A stretch of 50,601 bases of DNA from an uncultured Collinsella sp. (GCA_902496775.1 CABVCF010000001.1:1-50601); one strand, 5' to 3'. Positions 8,828 through 20,346 are shown, counted from the stretch's first letter. Notes: generated by a model not told the origin, from the letters alone. Numbers and translations are program-made.

Positions 8828-9826
8828 TTGGCACGATCTTCGGGTTTCTCCACAAATCTGAATACCAAGCGACAATCAACGGGTATGCGCCCGTTGATTG
8901 TTTTCAGCCTGATTTCGGTGTTGCTGCTCACGTTTTACATCCGCGAGGGCGAGGCAGGGCCGATTCATGCCGTGCGTTCGGGCGTAACGACGATTACCTC
9001 TCCGGTGCGCTTTGTGGGCTCGGCTGTGGCGGCTCCCTTCAATGCGATTGGCAACGTGTTCTCTAACCTAACGGCGTCGCAGGACACGCTCGACGAGCTC
9101 AAGAAGCAAAATGAGGAGCTGACCTCTAAGGTCGCCGAGCTTTCTGAGGCTCAAAAGACTGCCGAGCGCCTGGAGGGCCTGGTCGGGCTGCAATCGACCT
9201 ACAACCTCAAATCGACCGCAGCTCGTATCGTTGGTGCCTCCGGCGATGCCTGGACCTCGACCGTTACCATCGACAAGGGCTCTGCCGACGGCCTTACCAT
9301 CAACATGCCCGTGACGAGTTCTGCCGGTGTTATCGGCCAGATTATCGAGGTATCGGCCAAGACCTCTACCGTGCGCCTGATTGGCGACGAGAACTCGGGC
9401 GTGTCCGCCATGGTGCAGGACACGCGCGCCCAGGGTATGCTGCAGGGTCAGGCTGACGGCACGCTGCGTCTTGAGTACGTGAGCGTCGACTCCGATGTTA
9501 AGGTTGGCGATATCATCGTGACCTCTGGCATCGGTGGCGTGTTCCCCAAGGGCCTTCCGCTTGGCACCGTCTCGTCGGTTGAGAAATCGGCAAACGACGT
9601 GTACTACACCATTGTGGTGCGCGCTCAGACCACGGCCGAGAACAACGAGGAAGTGCTGGTCATCACCTCGCTGACCGACGAACAGTCGGCCTCGGATGAG
9701 GACGTGAGCACGGCCAACAGCACGCCGCAGGGAACGTTGCGCGATGCTGCGACCAAGACGAAGGACGAGGGCTCGGATGACAGTTCCGACACGTCCGAGA
9801 CGACCGATTCTGGCTCGAGCGAATAG
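8828..9826 (+). CDS. mreC: Rod shape-determining protein MreC
   Basis: N-terminal TM, coiled coil, IDKGS..G, GDIIVTSGIGGVFPKGLPLG; follows mreB. Confidence 0.95.
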   Translation: MARSSGFSTNLNTKRQSTGMRPLIVFSLISVLLLTFYIREGEAGPIHAVRSGVTTITSPVRFVGSAVAAPFNAIGNVFSNLTASQDTLDELKKQNEELTSKVAELSEAQKTAERLEGLVGLQSTYNLKSTAARIVGASGDAWTSTVTIDKGSADGLTINMPVTSSAGVIGQIIEVSAKTSTVRLIGDENSGVSAMVQDTRAQGMLQGQADGTLRLEYVSVDSDVKVGDIIVTSGIGGVFPKGLPLGTVSSVEKSANDVYYTIVVRAQTTAENNEEVLVITSLTDEQSASDEDVSTANSTPQGTLRDAATKTKDEGSDDSSDTSETTDSGSSE

Positions 9827-9831
9827 GGGGC

Positions 9832-10404
9832 ATGTCCATGGATCTACACGAGCAGGGGATGAGCTCCCGCACGTTTGTAATCGCCGCCATCGTGTGCGTG
9901 CTGCTGCAGGCAGGCCTGGCACCGCAGATCTCCATTGCGGGCGGTCGCGTCAACTTCATGATTATCCTGGTGTGCCTAAGCGTGTTCTCGGGCGACCCGA
10001 CCCGTGCCGTCGTGTGCGGTTTTTGCAGCGGCTTGTTTTATGACCTGTCCGCTGCCGTGCCGGTGGGCGTTATGTCGCTCCTGCTGACCGTGGGTTCTTT
10101 TGCCCTGGTGCACAGCGCCGTCGGTCAGACGGGCGGTACCCCGAGTGCGCGCGGCGTCACTGTGGGCGCCTTTGCGCTCGTCATTAATGTGATCTACAGC
10201 ATCATCTTGCTGTTTATGGGTTTGGAGACGAGCTTTGTCGTGGCGATCTTCGGCCATGCGCTGCCGTCCTCGATCCTGACGGGTCTGGTTGCCATTCCGT
10301 TTTTGATGTCCGGCGTCGTGCCGCAGTCCGGCTATGGATTCTCCGCACGTGGCGGACGCCAGGCGGGTATGCGCTTTAAGCCCAAGACCCGCAAGCTCAA
10401 ATAG
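9832..10404 (+). CDS. mreD: Rod shape-determining protein MreD
   Basis: Polytopic hydrophobic protein with GFCSGLFYDL, located between mreC and mrdA. Confidence 0.85.
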   Translation: MSMDLHEQGMSSRTFVIAAIVCVLLQAGLAPQISIAGGRVNFMIILVCLSVFSGDPTRAVVCGFCSGLFYDLSAAVPVGVMSLLLTVGSFALVHSAVGQTGGTPSARGVTVGAFALVINVIYSIILLFMGLETSFVVAIFGHALPSSILTGLVAIPFLMSGVVPQSGYGFSARGGRQAGMRFKPKTRKLK

Positions 10405-10417
10405 GGGAGGCCCGTAG

Positions 10418-12487
10418 ATGTCTTCCCAGTTGACGGTTATTATCGCCGGTATCGTGCTGGTTGTGGCCATCGTGGTCGCGCTGGTCATCATGCGTCGTGG
10501 CGATTCCCGTTTTACCTACGATACGCAGCATGGAACGGCCCCGCGCGCCACCGAGGGCGAGGGCAATACCGCGGCGACCGCCTTTAAGGGCCGCTTTTCC
10601 ATCCTCACCACGGGTGTGGGCGCGATGTTTGCGGCGCTTGCCGTCAAGCTGTGGGGCATGCAGATGGTCTCGTCGGACTATTACGAGAAGCAGGCCAATA
10701 GCAATCAGACTCGCACCGTTACCACACCCGCTGTGCGCGGTCGCATCCTCGACCGCAATGGCGTGGCGCTTGTTCAGAACCGTCCCTCACTTGCTGTCGT
10801 GGCCTACCGCGACCTTGCCGAGGATGAGGTTCTGGTTCGCCATCTTGCCAACGTGCTTGGAATGCCTTACGTGGCGGTCCTTCGCAATATTCAGGACAAT
10901 ACAGAGGGCGCCCAGAGCCTGCATACCATCGCGACGGACGTCCGTCGCTCCACGGTTGCCTATATTCAGGAGCATGCCGGCGAGTTCCCGGGCGTCAAGA
11001 TTGCCGAGCGTACCGAGCGCCAGTATCCATATGGTGAGACGGCATGCCATATCTTGGGCTATACCGGCACCATTACCTCCGAGCAGCTCGAGGCCCAGAA
11101 TAAGAAAACCTCTGGCGATGATGATGCTTCTGCGGGCAAGATTACGTACCAGTCGGGCGATATCGTGGGCCAGGCGGGCGTTGAGAGCTACTACGAAAAC
11201 CTGCTGCAGGGTATTCGTGGCGAGCAGACCGTCAAGGTCGATGCCTCGGGCAATGTGACCGGTCAGGCCGGCGCCGTGCCCGCGAAGGCCGGCTCCGACA
11301 TTAAGCTCACGCTCGACCTTAAGATCCAACAGGCCTGTGAGACGGCGCTGGCGAGCGCTATCGAGCTTGCCAAGACCACTGGCTACAGCAATGCCGGCAA
11401 CGGCGCTGTGGTGTGTCTCGATCCCAACAATGGCGAGATCCTGGGCATGGCGAGCGAGCCCAAGTTCGATCCGTCCGTCTTTATCGGCGGCGTCTCAAAT
11501 GACGTGTGGACCGAGCTCAATGATGACAAGGGTTCGCACCCGCTGCTCAACCGCGCCATTAGCGGACAGTACATGTCGGCCTCGACCATCAAGCCGCTCT
11601 CGGCACTGGCCGGTCTTGAGTTTGGAACCTACACTTCAACGCAGACAACCAACTGCACGGGTTATTGGACGGGTCTGGGCAAGGCTTGGGGCAAGCGCTG
11701 CTGGCTGACGTCTGGCCACGGCACCATGACGCTGCAGTCGGGTATCGCCAACTCGTGCGACCCCGTCTTCTACGACATGGGTAAGGCGTTCTTTTATGAC
11801 GAGCAACATCCCGAGGGCCTGCAGGAGGTCTTTCGTCGCTGGGGCCTAGGCAAGACCTGCGGTATAGATCTGCCGAGTGAGGGCGCGGGCCGTATTCCCG
11901 ATGCCGAGTGGAAAGAGTCGTACTTCACCGACGCCTCTGCCGAGGACCGCAAGTGGAATGCCGGCGATATGACCAACATTGCTATCGGCCAGGGCGACAT
12001 CCTGGTGACGCCCCTGCAGATGGCGTGTGCCTATATGGGGCTTGCCAACGGCGGCAAACAGTACGTGCCTCACGTGTTTTTGTCTGCCGTGTCGCGCGAT
12101 GGCGACGGCGATGCCTATAAGTACAACGGCAAGGGCAAGAAGAAGCGCCTGGAGGCCAAGATCAACAGCGATTCGGATTTGGCTCTAGTTCGCAACGGCA
12201 TGCACGACGTGATTTACACGGCATCGACGTCCCTGGCGGCGCACTTTGGCACCCTGACGCCGCAGGTATACGGCAAGTCGGGCACGGGCGAGAAGAGCGG
12301 CGAGGACGAATACGCTTGGTTCTGCGCCTATGCACCGGCCGATGACCCCAAGTATGTTATCGCTACTGTCCTGGAGCAGGGCGGCGGCGGCTCAGATACC
12401 GCGATGCATGTCGTGCGCGACGTGCTAGGCGTGATTTATGACGAGCCCGATACCTCTTCGGCCTCGGGCGATTCTTCGGTTCGATAG
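10418..12487 (+). CDS. mrdA: Penicillin-binding protein 2 (class B transpeptidase)
   Basis: RGRILDRNG pedestal motif; transpeptidase motifs STIK, SCD and KSG. Confidence 0.95.
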   Translation: MSSQLTVIIAGIVLVVAIVVALVIMRRGDSRFTYDTQHGTAPRATEGEGNTAATAFKGRFSILTTGVGAMFAALAVKLWGMQMVSSDYYEKQANSNQTRTVTTPAVRGRILDRNGVALVQNRPSLAVVAYRDLAEDEVLVRHLANVLGMPYVAVLRNIQDNTEGAQSLHTIATDVRRSTVAYIQEHAGEFPGVKIAERTERQYPYGETACHILGYTGTITSEQLEAQNKKTSGDDDASAGKITYQSGDIVGQAGVESYYENLLQGIRGEQTVKVDASGNVTGQAGAVPAKAGSDIKLTLDLKIQQACETALASAIELAKTTGYSNAGNGAVVCLDPNNGEILGMASEPKFDPSVFIGGVSNDVWTELNDDKGSHPLLNRAISGQYMSASTIKPLSALAGLEFGTYTSTQTTNCTGYWTGLGKAWGKRCWLTSGHGTMTLQSGIANSCDPVFYDMGKAFFYDEQHPEGLQEVFRRWGLGKTCGIDLPSEGAGRIPDAEWKESYFTDASAEDRKWNAGDMTNIAIGQGDILVTPLQMACAYMGLANGGKQYVPHVFLSAVSRDGDGDAYKYNGKGKKKRLEAKINSDSDLALVRNGMHDVIYTASTSLAAHFGTLTPQVYGKSGTGEKSGEDEYAWFCAYAPADDPKYVIATVLEQGGGGSDTAMHVVRDVLGVIYDEPDTSSASGDSSVR

Positions 12488-12496
12488 GAGGTTGCG

Positions 12497-13723
12497 ATGG
12501 ATTTTTCTCCGGCGGATCTGTTCCGTTCAACCAAGACCGATTCTCGCAGCAGCCTGGACCGTGTCAACAAACAACTTTCGGCTTCGCGCGGCACGTTTCG
12601 CCAAAAGGTGCATATCGGTGTGTTCGTGGCTACTGTGGCGCTCGTCGCCTACGGTGCCATCATTATCTGGTCGGCTTCGCAGTTTAAGGCCGATGCCTCG
12701 TTCTCACGCCATCTGCTGGGAATTGGCATCGGGGCGGTGCTGGCGGTGCTCGTCTGGCGTACCGACCTGCGCGGTATTTCCAATTTCTCGACGGCGTTGC
12801 TCGTCATCGACCTGATCGTGATCTTCTCGCCCAAGATTCCGGGTCTGTCCTATACGGGCGGTCTGGGCATGACGGGCTGGATCAAGATTCCCGGTATCGG
12901 CTTGACATTCCAGCCGGTTGAGCTTGCCAAGCTCATCACCATCTTCTTTATTGCTACGCTTGGATCGCAGTATAACGGTCGTATCGATACCGTTCGCGAC
13001 TACGTCAAGCTCTGCGGCATGCTGTCCATTCCGTTTTTGGCCGTCGTTGCCATGGGCGACCTGGGCTCGGGCCTGGTCGTGCTAGTTTCGGGCGCCATCG
13101 TCATTTGTATGAGCGGTGCACGCCGCGAATGGGTGCTGTCGACGCTGGCCCTGCTCGTGGGCCTGGTGGCCCTCGTTCTGGCGCTCGATTCGGTCTTTGA
13201 TTCGTTGCTCGGCCATGATGTGCTCATCAAGCAGTATCAGATGAACCGTCTGACGGTCTTTATCGACCCCGATAATGCCGATTCGGACGATGCCTACAAC
13301 CTGCAGCAGTCGCTTATCGCCGTTGGCTCGGGCGGCTTCTTTGGTAAGGGTTTGGGCCATGCGACGCAGTCGGCCGGCGGCTTTCTGCCTGAGTTCCACA
13401 CCGACTTCGTCTTCGCCTTCCTGTCCGAGACCTTTGGCTTTTGCGGTTCCTTTTTGCTCTTGTGCCTCTACGTGCTGCTGATCTTTTCGACGATTCGCGT
13501 CGCCTTTAAGTGTGAGTCGCTGTTTTTGCGACTTTCGTGTGTGGGCATCGTTGGCATGTGGGCGTTCCAGACCTTCGAAAACATCGGCATGTGCATCGGC
13601 ATGATGCCGATTACCGGTATTCCGCTACCGTTTATTAGCTTCGGTTCGTCTTCGATGATGATTCAGCTGCTGACGGTGGGTATCGTACAATCCATATGGC
13701 GGCATCGTTCGGGCGCCGCGTAA
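12497..13723 (+). CDS. rodA: SEDS glycosyltransferase RodA
   Basis: FQPVELAK, DLGS, PEFHTDF, PITGIPLPFISFGSSS; follows mrdA. Confidence 0.93.
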   Translation: MDFSPADLFRSTKTDSRSSLDRVNKQLSASRGTFRQKVHIGVFVATVALVAYGAIIIWSASQFKADASFSRHLLGIGIGAVLAVLVWRTDLRGISNFSTALLVIDLIVIFSPKIPGLSYTGGLGMTGWIKIPGIGLTFQPVELAKLITIFFIATLGSQYNGRIDTVRDYVKLCGMLSIPFLAVVAMGDLGSGLVVLVSGAIVICMSGARREWVLSTLALLVGLVALVLALDSVFDSLLGHDVLIKQYQMNRLTVFIDPDNADSDDAYNLQQSLIAVGSGGFFGKGLGHATQSAGGFLPEFHTDFVFAFLSETFGFCGSFLLLCLYVLLIFSTIRVAFKCESLFLRLSCVGIVGMWAFQTFENIGMCIGMMPITGIPLPFISFGSSSMMIQLLTVGIVQSIWRHRSGAA

Positions 13724-13741
13724 CCGCTGGAGGGGTTTGCT

Positions 13742-14671
13742 ATGAAAATTCCCGTAGATAAGCTGACCCGCGCTTTTAAGATGGGCGCGTCCGTTAATAA
13801 GGATTCCGATACGCCGGTGCGCGTCTCGGTCTATCTGGATTCGTCCGCCTCGCGCTTTCTGGCCGAGACGGTGCGTGACGCCTTTGTGCCGCAGACGACC
13901 TCGGGCATTGTGCGCGTCGAGCGTCTGGGGGAGGAGCGAATTGCTCCAAAGACCGATACCGATGTGGTGCTGGTGCTCTCGTGTGGTTCCGACCGCTTGG
14001 AGAGTGCCGTGCAGGAGCTCGTGATCGCCGGCGCGCCCGTGTGCGTGCTTGCCGAGTCTGCTGTGGAGGTGCCGTTTATCGAGGAGTCCACGCCCATGCT
14101 CGGCGTGGTAGCGGCAACCGATAAGACGTATCTGCTCGAGACGCTTGCTCGCTGGATTCTCGATCGCACCGACAAGGAAACGGCTTTTGCGGCGAACTTT
14201 GCCTTCATGCGCATCGCTGCGGCCAATCGTATCATCACCTCGTGCGCGCTCACCAATATGGCGACCGGTGCGCTGGTGTTTTTGCCGGGCGCCGATTATC
14301 CCGTTATGGCGCTGGCGCAGGTGGGCATGCTCTTTGAGCTCGCTGCCGTCTTTGGACGCGGCATTAAGCCTGAGCGCGGCTACGAGGTCGCGGGCGTGCT
14401 TGCCGGCGGTCTTGTGATCCGAGCGGTCACCCGCGCACTTGTCAAGCAGACGCCGCATATTGGGTTTGCCGTCAAGGCGCTCACTGCTGCCGCGGGCACC
14501 TATGGCATGGGCCGTGCGCTCGTTTCGCTCTACGAGCGCGATGTCGACTACAGTCGTGCCAACGAGGTGGTCACTGCCACGTTCTCCCGCGTTCGCGATC
14601 TGGTGACCACGGTCGCGGGCGCTACCCGTCCTATGGCGTCCTACCAGGACGCATCCGATCTCGCAGCTTAG
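13742..14671 (+). CDS. Hypothetical protein with DUF697/YcjF-like C-terminal region
   Basis: GGAGG SD. C-terminal PGADYPVMALAQVGMLFELAAVFG...TYGMGRA resembles DUF697 by eye. Confidence 0.7.
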   Translation: MKIPVDKLTRAFKMGASVNKDSDTPVRVSVYLDSSASRFLAETVRDAFVPQTTSGIVRVERLGEERIAPKTDTDVVLVLSCGSDRLESAVQELVIAGAPVCVLAESAVEVPFIEESTPMLGVVAATDKTYLLETLARWILDRTDKETAFAANFAFMRIAAANRIITSCALTNMATGALVFLPGADYPVMALAQVGMLFELAAVFGRGIKPERGYEVAGVLAGGLVIRAVTRALVKQTPHIGFAVKALTAAAGTYGMGRALVSLYERDVDYSRANEVVTATFSRVRDLVTTVAGATRPMASYQDASDLAA

Positions 14672-14681
14672 GGGTTTTCCG

Positions 14682-16559
14682 TTGCGCGTTGCATACCAAG
14701 ACTGTTTTCATTTAATTGAGCCGTTGCTCGCCAAGGTCGAGAAGCCGAGTCGCTATATCGATCACGAGTGGGGCACGCTTTCCAAGGCCGATGCCGACTA
14801 CCGTTGCTGCCTGATCTACCCGGATGTGTACGAGGTTGGTCTGCCCAACCAGGGTATCGCCATCCTCTACAACATCCTTAACCAGGCCGAGGGCATCTCC
14901 TGCGAGCGTGGCTATGTGCCGTGGCCCGATATGGGTGATGCCATGCGCGAGGCGGGTATTCCGCTGCTGTCGCTCGAGGGCGCAGCGCCGGTCGCTTCGT
15001 TTGATATTGTCGGCTTGCATGTTCCGCACGAGATGGCGGTGACGAACTTCCTCGAGGCTCTCGACCTCGCTGGCATTCCGCTGTTAGCGGCCGACCGAGG
15101 TGAAGACGACCCCATTATCATCGCCGGCGGCCCCTCGGTGTACAACCCCGAGCCGTACGCGGCCTTCTTCGATGTTATCCTCATCGGCGAGGGCGAGGAA
15201 TCGCTGCTCGAGACCTGCCAGCTGCATCGCCGTCTGCGTGACGAAGGAGTCCCGCGCGCGCAGATTGTCGAGCAGCTTGCATCCATTGCCGGCAACTACG
15301 TGCCGTCGCTCTATGAGGTTTGTCACGACGAGCCCTGCTCGCCGCATGGCTACACTGTGCCGCGTGAAGGCAAGGATGCGCCGACGGTGGTCTTCAAGCG
15401 CGTCGTCGAGGATTTCGGCGCCACGAATCCGTTGTCGCAGTCGTGTGTGCCCTATGCGCAGCTGGTCCACGACCGCCTGTCTATCGAGATCCTGCGTGGC
15501 TGCGCCCGCGGCTGTCGTTTTTGCCAGGCCGGCATGACGTATCGCCCGGTGCGCGAGCGCTCGGCCGACCAGATCGTCTCGTCGGTGATTCAGGGTCTGG
15601 AAAAGACCGGCTATGACGAGGTGTCGCTGACCTCGCTCTCCACGACCGACCACTCCTGCATTCGCGACGTGCTCGGCAGGCTCAACCGTCGCCTGGAGGA
15701 TACGGGTATACGCGTGTCTATTCCGTCGCAGCGCCTGGATTCGTTTGGCGTGGATATGGCCGAGTCGGTCGCCGGCGAAAAGAAGGGCGGACTGACGTTC
15801 GCGCCCGAGGCCGGTAGCCAGCGCATGCGCGACATCATTAACAAGAACGTGACCGAGGAGGACCTGGACCGTGCGGCCAAGGCGGCCTTCGAGGCCGGTT
15901 GGAACCGCATGAAGCTCTACTTTATGATGGGCCTTCCCGGCGAGCGCGATGAGGACATCGTGGCCATCGCCAATCTGGCCGATCACGTGCTGGAGCTCGG
16001 TCGTTCCGTGGTGCCCAAGGCTCGTCGCGGCTCGATCTCGGTGTCCATCTCGGTTTCGGTCTTTATCCCCAAGGCTGCCACGCCGTTCCAGTGGTGCCCG
16101 CAGCTCGACTACGACGACGTCAAGCGTCGCCAGAAGCTGCTTATCACGAGCGTTCGCAACCGTGCCGTCCGCGTGCATTACCACGATGCCGAGACCTCGC
16201 TCATCGAGGCCGCGCTTTCCCGCGCCGGTCGTGACATGACGCCCGTCATCATCGACGCTTGGCGCTCGGGCTCTCGCTTTGACGCCTGGGTAGAGCATTT
16301 CTCGCTCGATAACTGGAAGGAAGCTGCTGCCAAAAACGGCATCGACCTCAATGAGCTCGTGCACCTGCCCTACGAGTTGGACTGGCGCCTGCCGTGGGAG
16401 CACGTGAGCCCCGGCTGCACGCGCGGCTTCCTCGAGCGCGAGTACCGTCGCTCGCTCGAGGGCGTCACGACTCCCGACTGTACCCGCACGTCGTGCACCG
16501 GCTGCGGGATCTGCCCCACGCTCCACGCCAAGAATGTATTGATGGGTGATCGCGCATGA
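14682..16559 (+). CDS. TIGR03960-family B12-binding-like radical SAM protein
   Basis: VEKPSRY N-terminus, YPDVYEVG, CARGCRFC radical SAM motif, TFAPEAGS, C-terminal CxxxxCxxCxxC. Confidence 0.92.
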   Translation: MRVAYQDCFHLIEPLLAKVEKPSRYIDHEWGTLSKADADYRCCLIYPDVYEVGLPNQGIAILYNILNQAEGISCERGYVPWPDMGDAMREAGIPLLSLEGAAPVASFDIVGLHVPHEMAVTNFLEALDLAGIPLLAADRGEDDPIIIAGGPSVYNPEPYAAFFDVILIGEGEESLLETCQLHRRLRDEGVPRAQIVEQLASIAGNYVPSLYEVCHDEPCSPHGYTVPREGKDAPTVVFKRVVEDFGATNPLSQSCVPYAQLVHDRLSIEILRGCARGCRFCQAGMTYRPVRERSADQIVSSVIQGLEKTGYDEVSLTSLSTTDHSCIRDVLGRLNRRLEDTGIRVSIPSQRLDSFGVDMAESVAGEKKGGLTFAPEAGSQRMRDIINKNVTEEDLDRAAKAAFEAGWNRMKLYFMMGLPGERDEDIVAIANLADHVLELGRSVVPKARRGSISVSISVSVFIPKAATPFQWCPQLDYDDVKRRQKLLITSVRNRAVRVHYHDAETSLIEAALSRAGRDMTPVIIDAWRSGSRFDAWVEHFSLDNWKEAAAKNGIDLNELVHLPYELDWRLPWEHVSPGCTRGFLEREYRRSLEGVTTPDCTRTSCTGCGICPTLHAKNVLMGDRA

Positions 16560-17368
16560 GTGAGCGCCTGACCGACAACCCCTCGCTCTTTAGGCTTCGT
16601 GTTCGCTATGGCAAGCGCGATCGCCTTAAGTACCTGGGCCATCTCGAAGTAATCCATACCATTGAGCGCATCGTGCGCCGTGCGGGACTTCCCTATGCCG
16701 TCACGCAGGGCTTCTCTCCGCACATGCGCGTGGGCTTCTCTTCGGCGCTGCCGGTGGGTACGTCGTCGACCTGCGAGTGGTATGACCTGTTTATGACCGA
16801 GTTCGTGGCGCTCGACGAGGCGTTTGGGCGCCTGGCTGCGGCGTCTCCGGCCGATCTGGCGCCCATCGAGGCGGCGTACATCGACGTGCGCGCGCCGGCG
16901 TTGACGGCGCAGCTCACGCGCCTGTCGTATCGCATCGACCTGCACTTGGATCCCGAGGCGCCCGTAAGCGCCGACGAGGTGCGCCGTGCGATCGACACGC
17001 TGCGCGCGGGCCACGGCATCGACTACGCGCGCGGCAAAAAGAGCAAGCGCTTGGATTTGGATCACACGCTCGTGGGCTATGAGCTCACGGCGGGGGAGCG
17101 CCCAGACCATTTGGTACTCATGCTCGACACCCATGCCGACAACGAGGGCTCCATGCGTCCGGAAATTTTGCTTTCTGCGGCTGATGTTTTGTTGCAGGGC
17201 TTGACCCCGGGCGTGGATGCACCTATTGTTTCCACCGGTATGCAAGACCTCGTGACCATCTGCTCCTACGATGTCGAGCGTCAGAATCAAGCATGCGAGG
17301 ACGACGAGGGCCGACTCGTCAGCCCCATACCTGTGCGAACTTGTGGATTTGCTCCACATACTCGTTGA
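16556..17368 (+). CDS. TIGR03936-family radical SAM-associated protein (DUF2344)
   Basis: RLRVRYGK...KYLGHLE...RRAGLP...GFSPH...ALPVG signature; ATGA overlap with the upstream radical SAM gene. Confidence 0.9.
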   Translation: MSERLTDNPSLFRLRVRYGKRDRLKYLGHLEVIHTIERIVRRAGLPYAVTQGFSPHMRVGFSSALPVGTSSTCEWYDLFMTEFVALDEAFGRLAAASPADLAPIEAAYIDVRAPALTAQLTRLSYRIDLHLDPEAPVSADEVRRAIDTLRAGHGIDYARGKKSKRLDLDHTLVGYELTAGERPDHLVLMLDTHADNEGSMRPEILLSAADVLLQGLTPGVDAPIVSTGMQDLVTICSYDVERQNQACEDDEGRLVSPIPVRTCGFAPHTR

Positions 17369-17393
17369 CGGGGGTATTTTCGCCTGCTACTAT
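17365..17393 (+). promoter_or_regulatory. Promoter of rplU-rpmA
   Basis: TTGACG-17 nt-TACTAT with TGn extension; the -35 overlaps the upstream stop codon. Confidence 0.75.
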
Positions 17394-17435
17394 ATTCGGC
17401 TGTTGCACTAACTGATGCATGAAGGGCAAGTAAAC

Positions 17436-17810
17436 ATGTACGCAATCGTTAACACGGGCGGCAAGCAGTACAAGGTCGCCACCGACGATGTCATCACCGT
17501 CGAGAAGATCGAGGGCAATGAGGGCGACAAGGTCACCCTGCCGGTTATCTTCCTCAACGATGGTAAGAAGATCGTCACCGATCCCGACAAGCTGGCCAAG
17601 GCCAAGGTTACCGCTCAGATCGTTGAGCAGTTCAAGGGCGAGAAGCAGCTGGTCTTCAAGTTCCACAAGCGTAAGCGCTATCGTCGTCTGAAGGGTCACC
17701 GTCAGCAGCTCACCAAGCTGAAGATCGTGAAGGTCCAGGCTACGTCCCGCGCCAAGAAGGCTGTCAAGGCAGAGGCCGAGGCTGTTGCCGAGGCTCCCGT
17801 CGCCGAGTAG
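17436..17810 (+). CDS. rplU: 50S ribosomal protein L21
   Basis: MYAIVNTGGKQYKV...GHRQQLT, with an Ala/Lys/Glu-rich tail. Confidence 0.97.
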   Translation: MYAIVNTGGKQYKVATDDVITVEKIEGNEGDKVTLPVIFLNDGKKIVTDPDKLAKAKVTAQIVEQFKGEKQLVFKFHKRKRYRRLKGHRQQLTKLKIVKVQATSRAKKAVKAEAEAVAEAPVAE

Positions 17811-17843
17811 ATTACACTCGTAACGAAAGAGTAGGTATACACA

Positions 17844-18101
17844 ATGGCACACAAAAAAGGACTCGGTTCCTCCCGTAATGGCCGTGACTCCCGCGGTCAG
17901 CGCCTTGGCACGAAGCGCTATGCCGGCCAGACGGTAACCACGGGCACGATTCTCGTCCGTCAGCACGGCACGCACATCCACCCGGGTGAGAACGTTGGCC
18001 GTGGTAAGGACGACACGCTGTTCGCGCTGGTCGACGGTACCGTTGAGTTCCACAAGGGTATCAAGCACAGGGTCAGCGTACGCCCGCTCGCGAACGCGTA
18101 A
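17844..18101 (+). CDS. rpmA: 50S ribosomal protein L27
   Basis: [16 protein letters not shown]...[11 protein letters not shown]; no Prp-cleaved N-terminal extension. Confidence 0.98.
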   Translation: MAHKKGLGSSRNGRDSRGQRLGTKRYAGQTVTTGTILVRQHGTHIHPGENVGRGKDDTLFALVDGTVEFHKGIKHRVSVRPLANA

Positions 18102-18126
18102 TTCACCCTTCATAGAGCACATATGT

Positions 18127-18170
18127 GGGAGGCACTTGAGTTTTAGGATTCAAGGGTCTCCCTCTTTTTT
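18127..18170 (+). terminator. Intrinsic terminator between rpmA and obgE
   Basis: GGGAGGCACTTGAGT...ATTCAAGGGTCTCCC followed by TCTTTTTT. Confidence 0.7.
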
Positions 18171-18174
18171 GTAG

Positions 18175-19653
<1,479 letters not shown>

Positions 19654-19656
19654 GCC

Positions 19657-20334
19657 ATGTCGCTGCGCGGTGGAATCGGTCTGCCTGAGCTTCCTCTAGA
19701 GGACGGGCAGGAGTTTAGGCTCGGCATTATGGGTGGCACCTTTGATCCCGTCCATTACGGGCACCTGGTGACCGCTGAGCAGGCGCGTGAGTCCCTCGAC
19801 TTGGATGCCGTGCTCTTTATGCCGGCGGGCACGCCTGCCTTTAAGCTTGACAAGCCGGTGACGCCTGCCGAGGACCGTTATGCCATGACGGTCCTCGCCA
19901 CCGCTGCGAACCCGGCCTTTTTGGCGAGTCGGTTCGAGATTGACCGTCCGGGTGTAACCTATACGGCCGATACGCTTCATGCCCTTCGCGACTTTTACCC
20001 GCCGCAGGTAAAGCTCTACTTTATTACGGGCGCCGACGCGATTATCGATATTGTTACCTGGCATGATGCCGAACGGATCGCTGAGCTTGCTACCTTTATT
20101 GCGGCGACACGACCGGGCTTTGATATCGATACGGCGCGTGCCCGAATCAAAGAGTCGGGGCTGCCGTTCGACGTGCGCTATATTCAGATTCCGGCGCTGG
20201 CGATCAGCTCGACGAACATTCGTAAGCGAGTTGCCCGTGGCATGAGCGTGCGCTATCTTACGAGCGAGTCCGTGCTCGGCTACATTCGCAAACGCAGGCT
20301 ATATGCCGATTTGGGCCAAGAAGATTTTGAGTGA
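19657..20334 (+). CDS. nadD: Nicotinate-nucleotide adenylyltransferase
   Basis: GGTFDPVHYGH, FITGAD, ISST motifs. Confidence 0.96.
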   Translation: MSLRGGIGLPELPLEDGQEFRLGIMGGTFDPVHYGHLVTAEQARESLDLDAVLFMPAGTPAFKLDKPVTPAEDRYAMTVLATAANPAFLASRFEIDRPGVTYTADTLHALRDFYPPQVKLYFITGADAIIDIVTWHDAERIAELATFIAATRPGFDIDTARARIKESGLPFDVRYIQIPALAISSTNIRKRVARGMSVRYLTSESVLGYIRKRRLYADLGQEDFE

Positions 20335-20346
20335 TGGGGGTCTACG

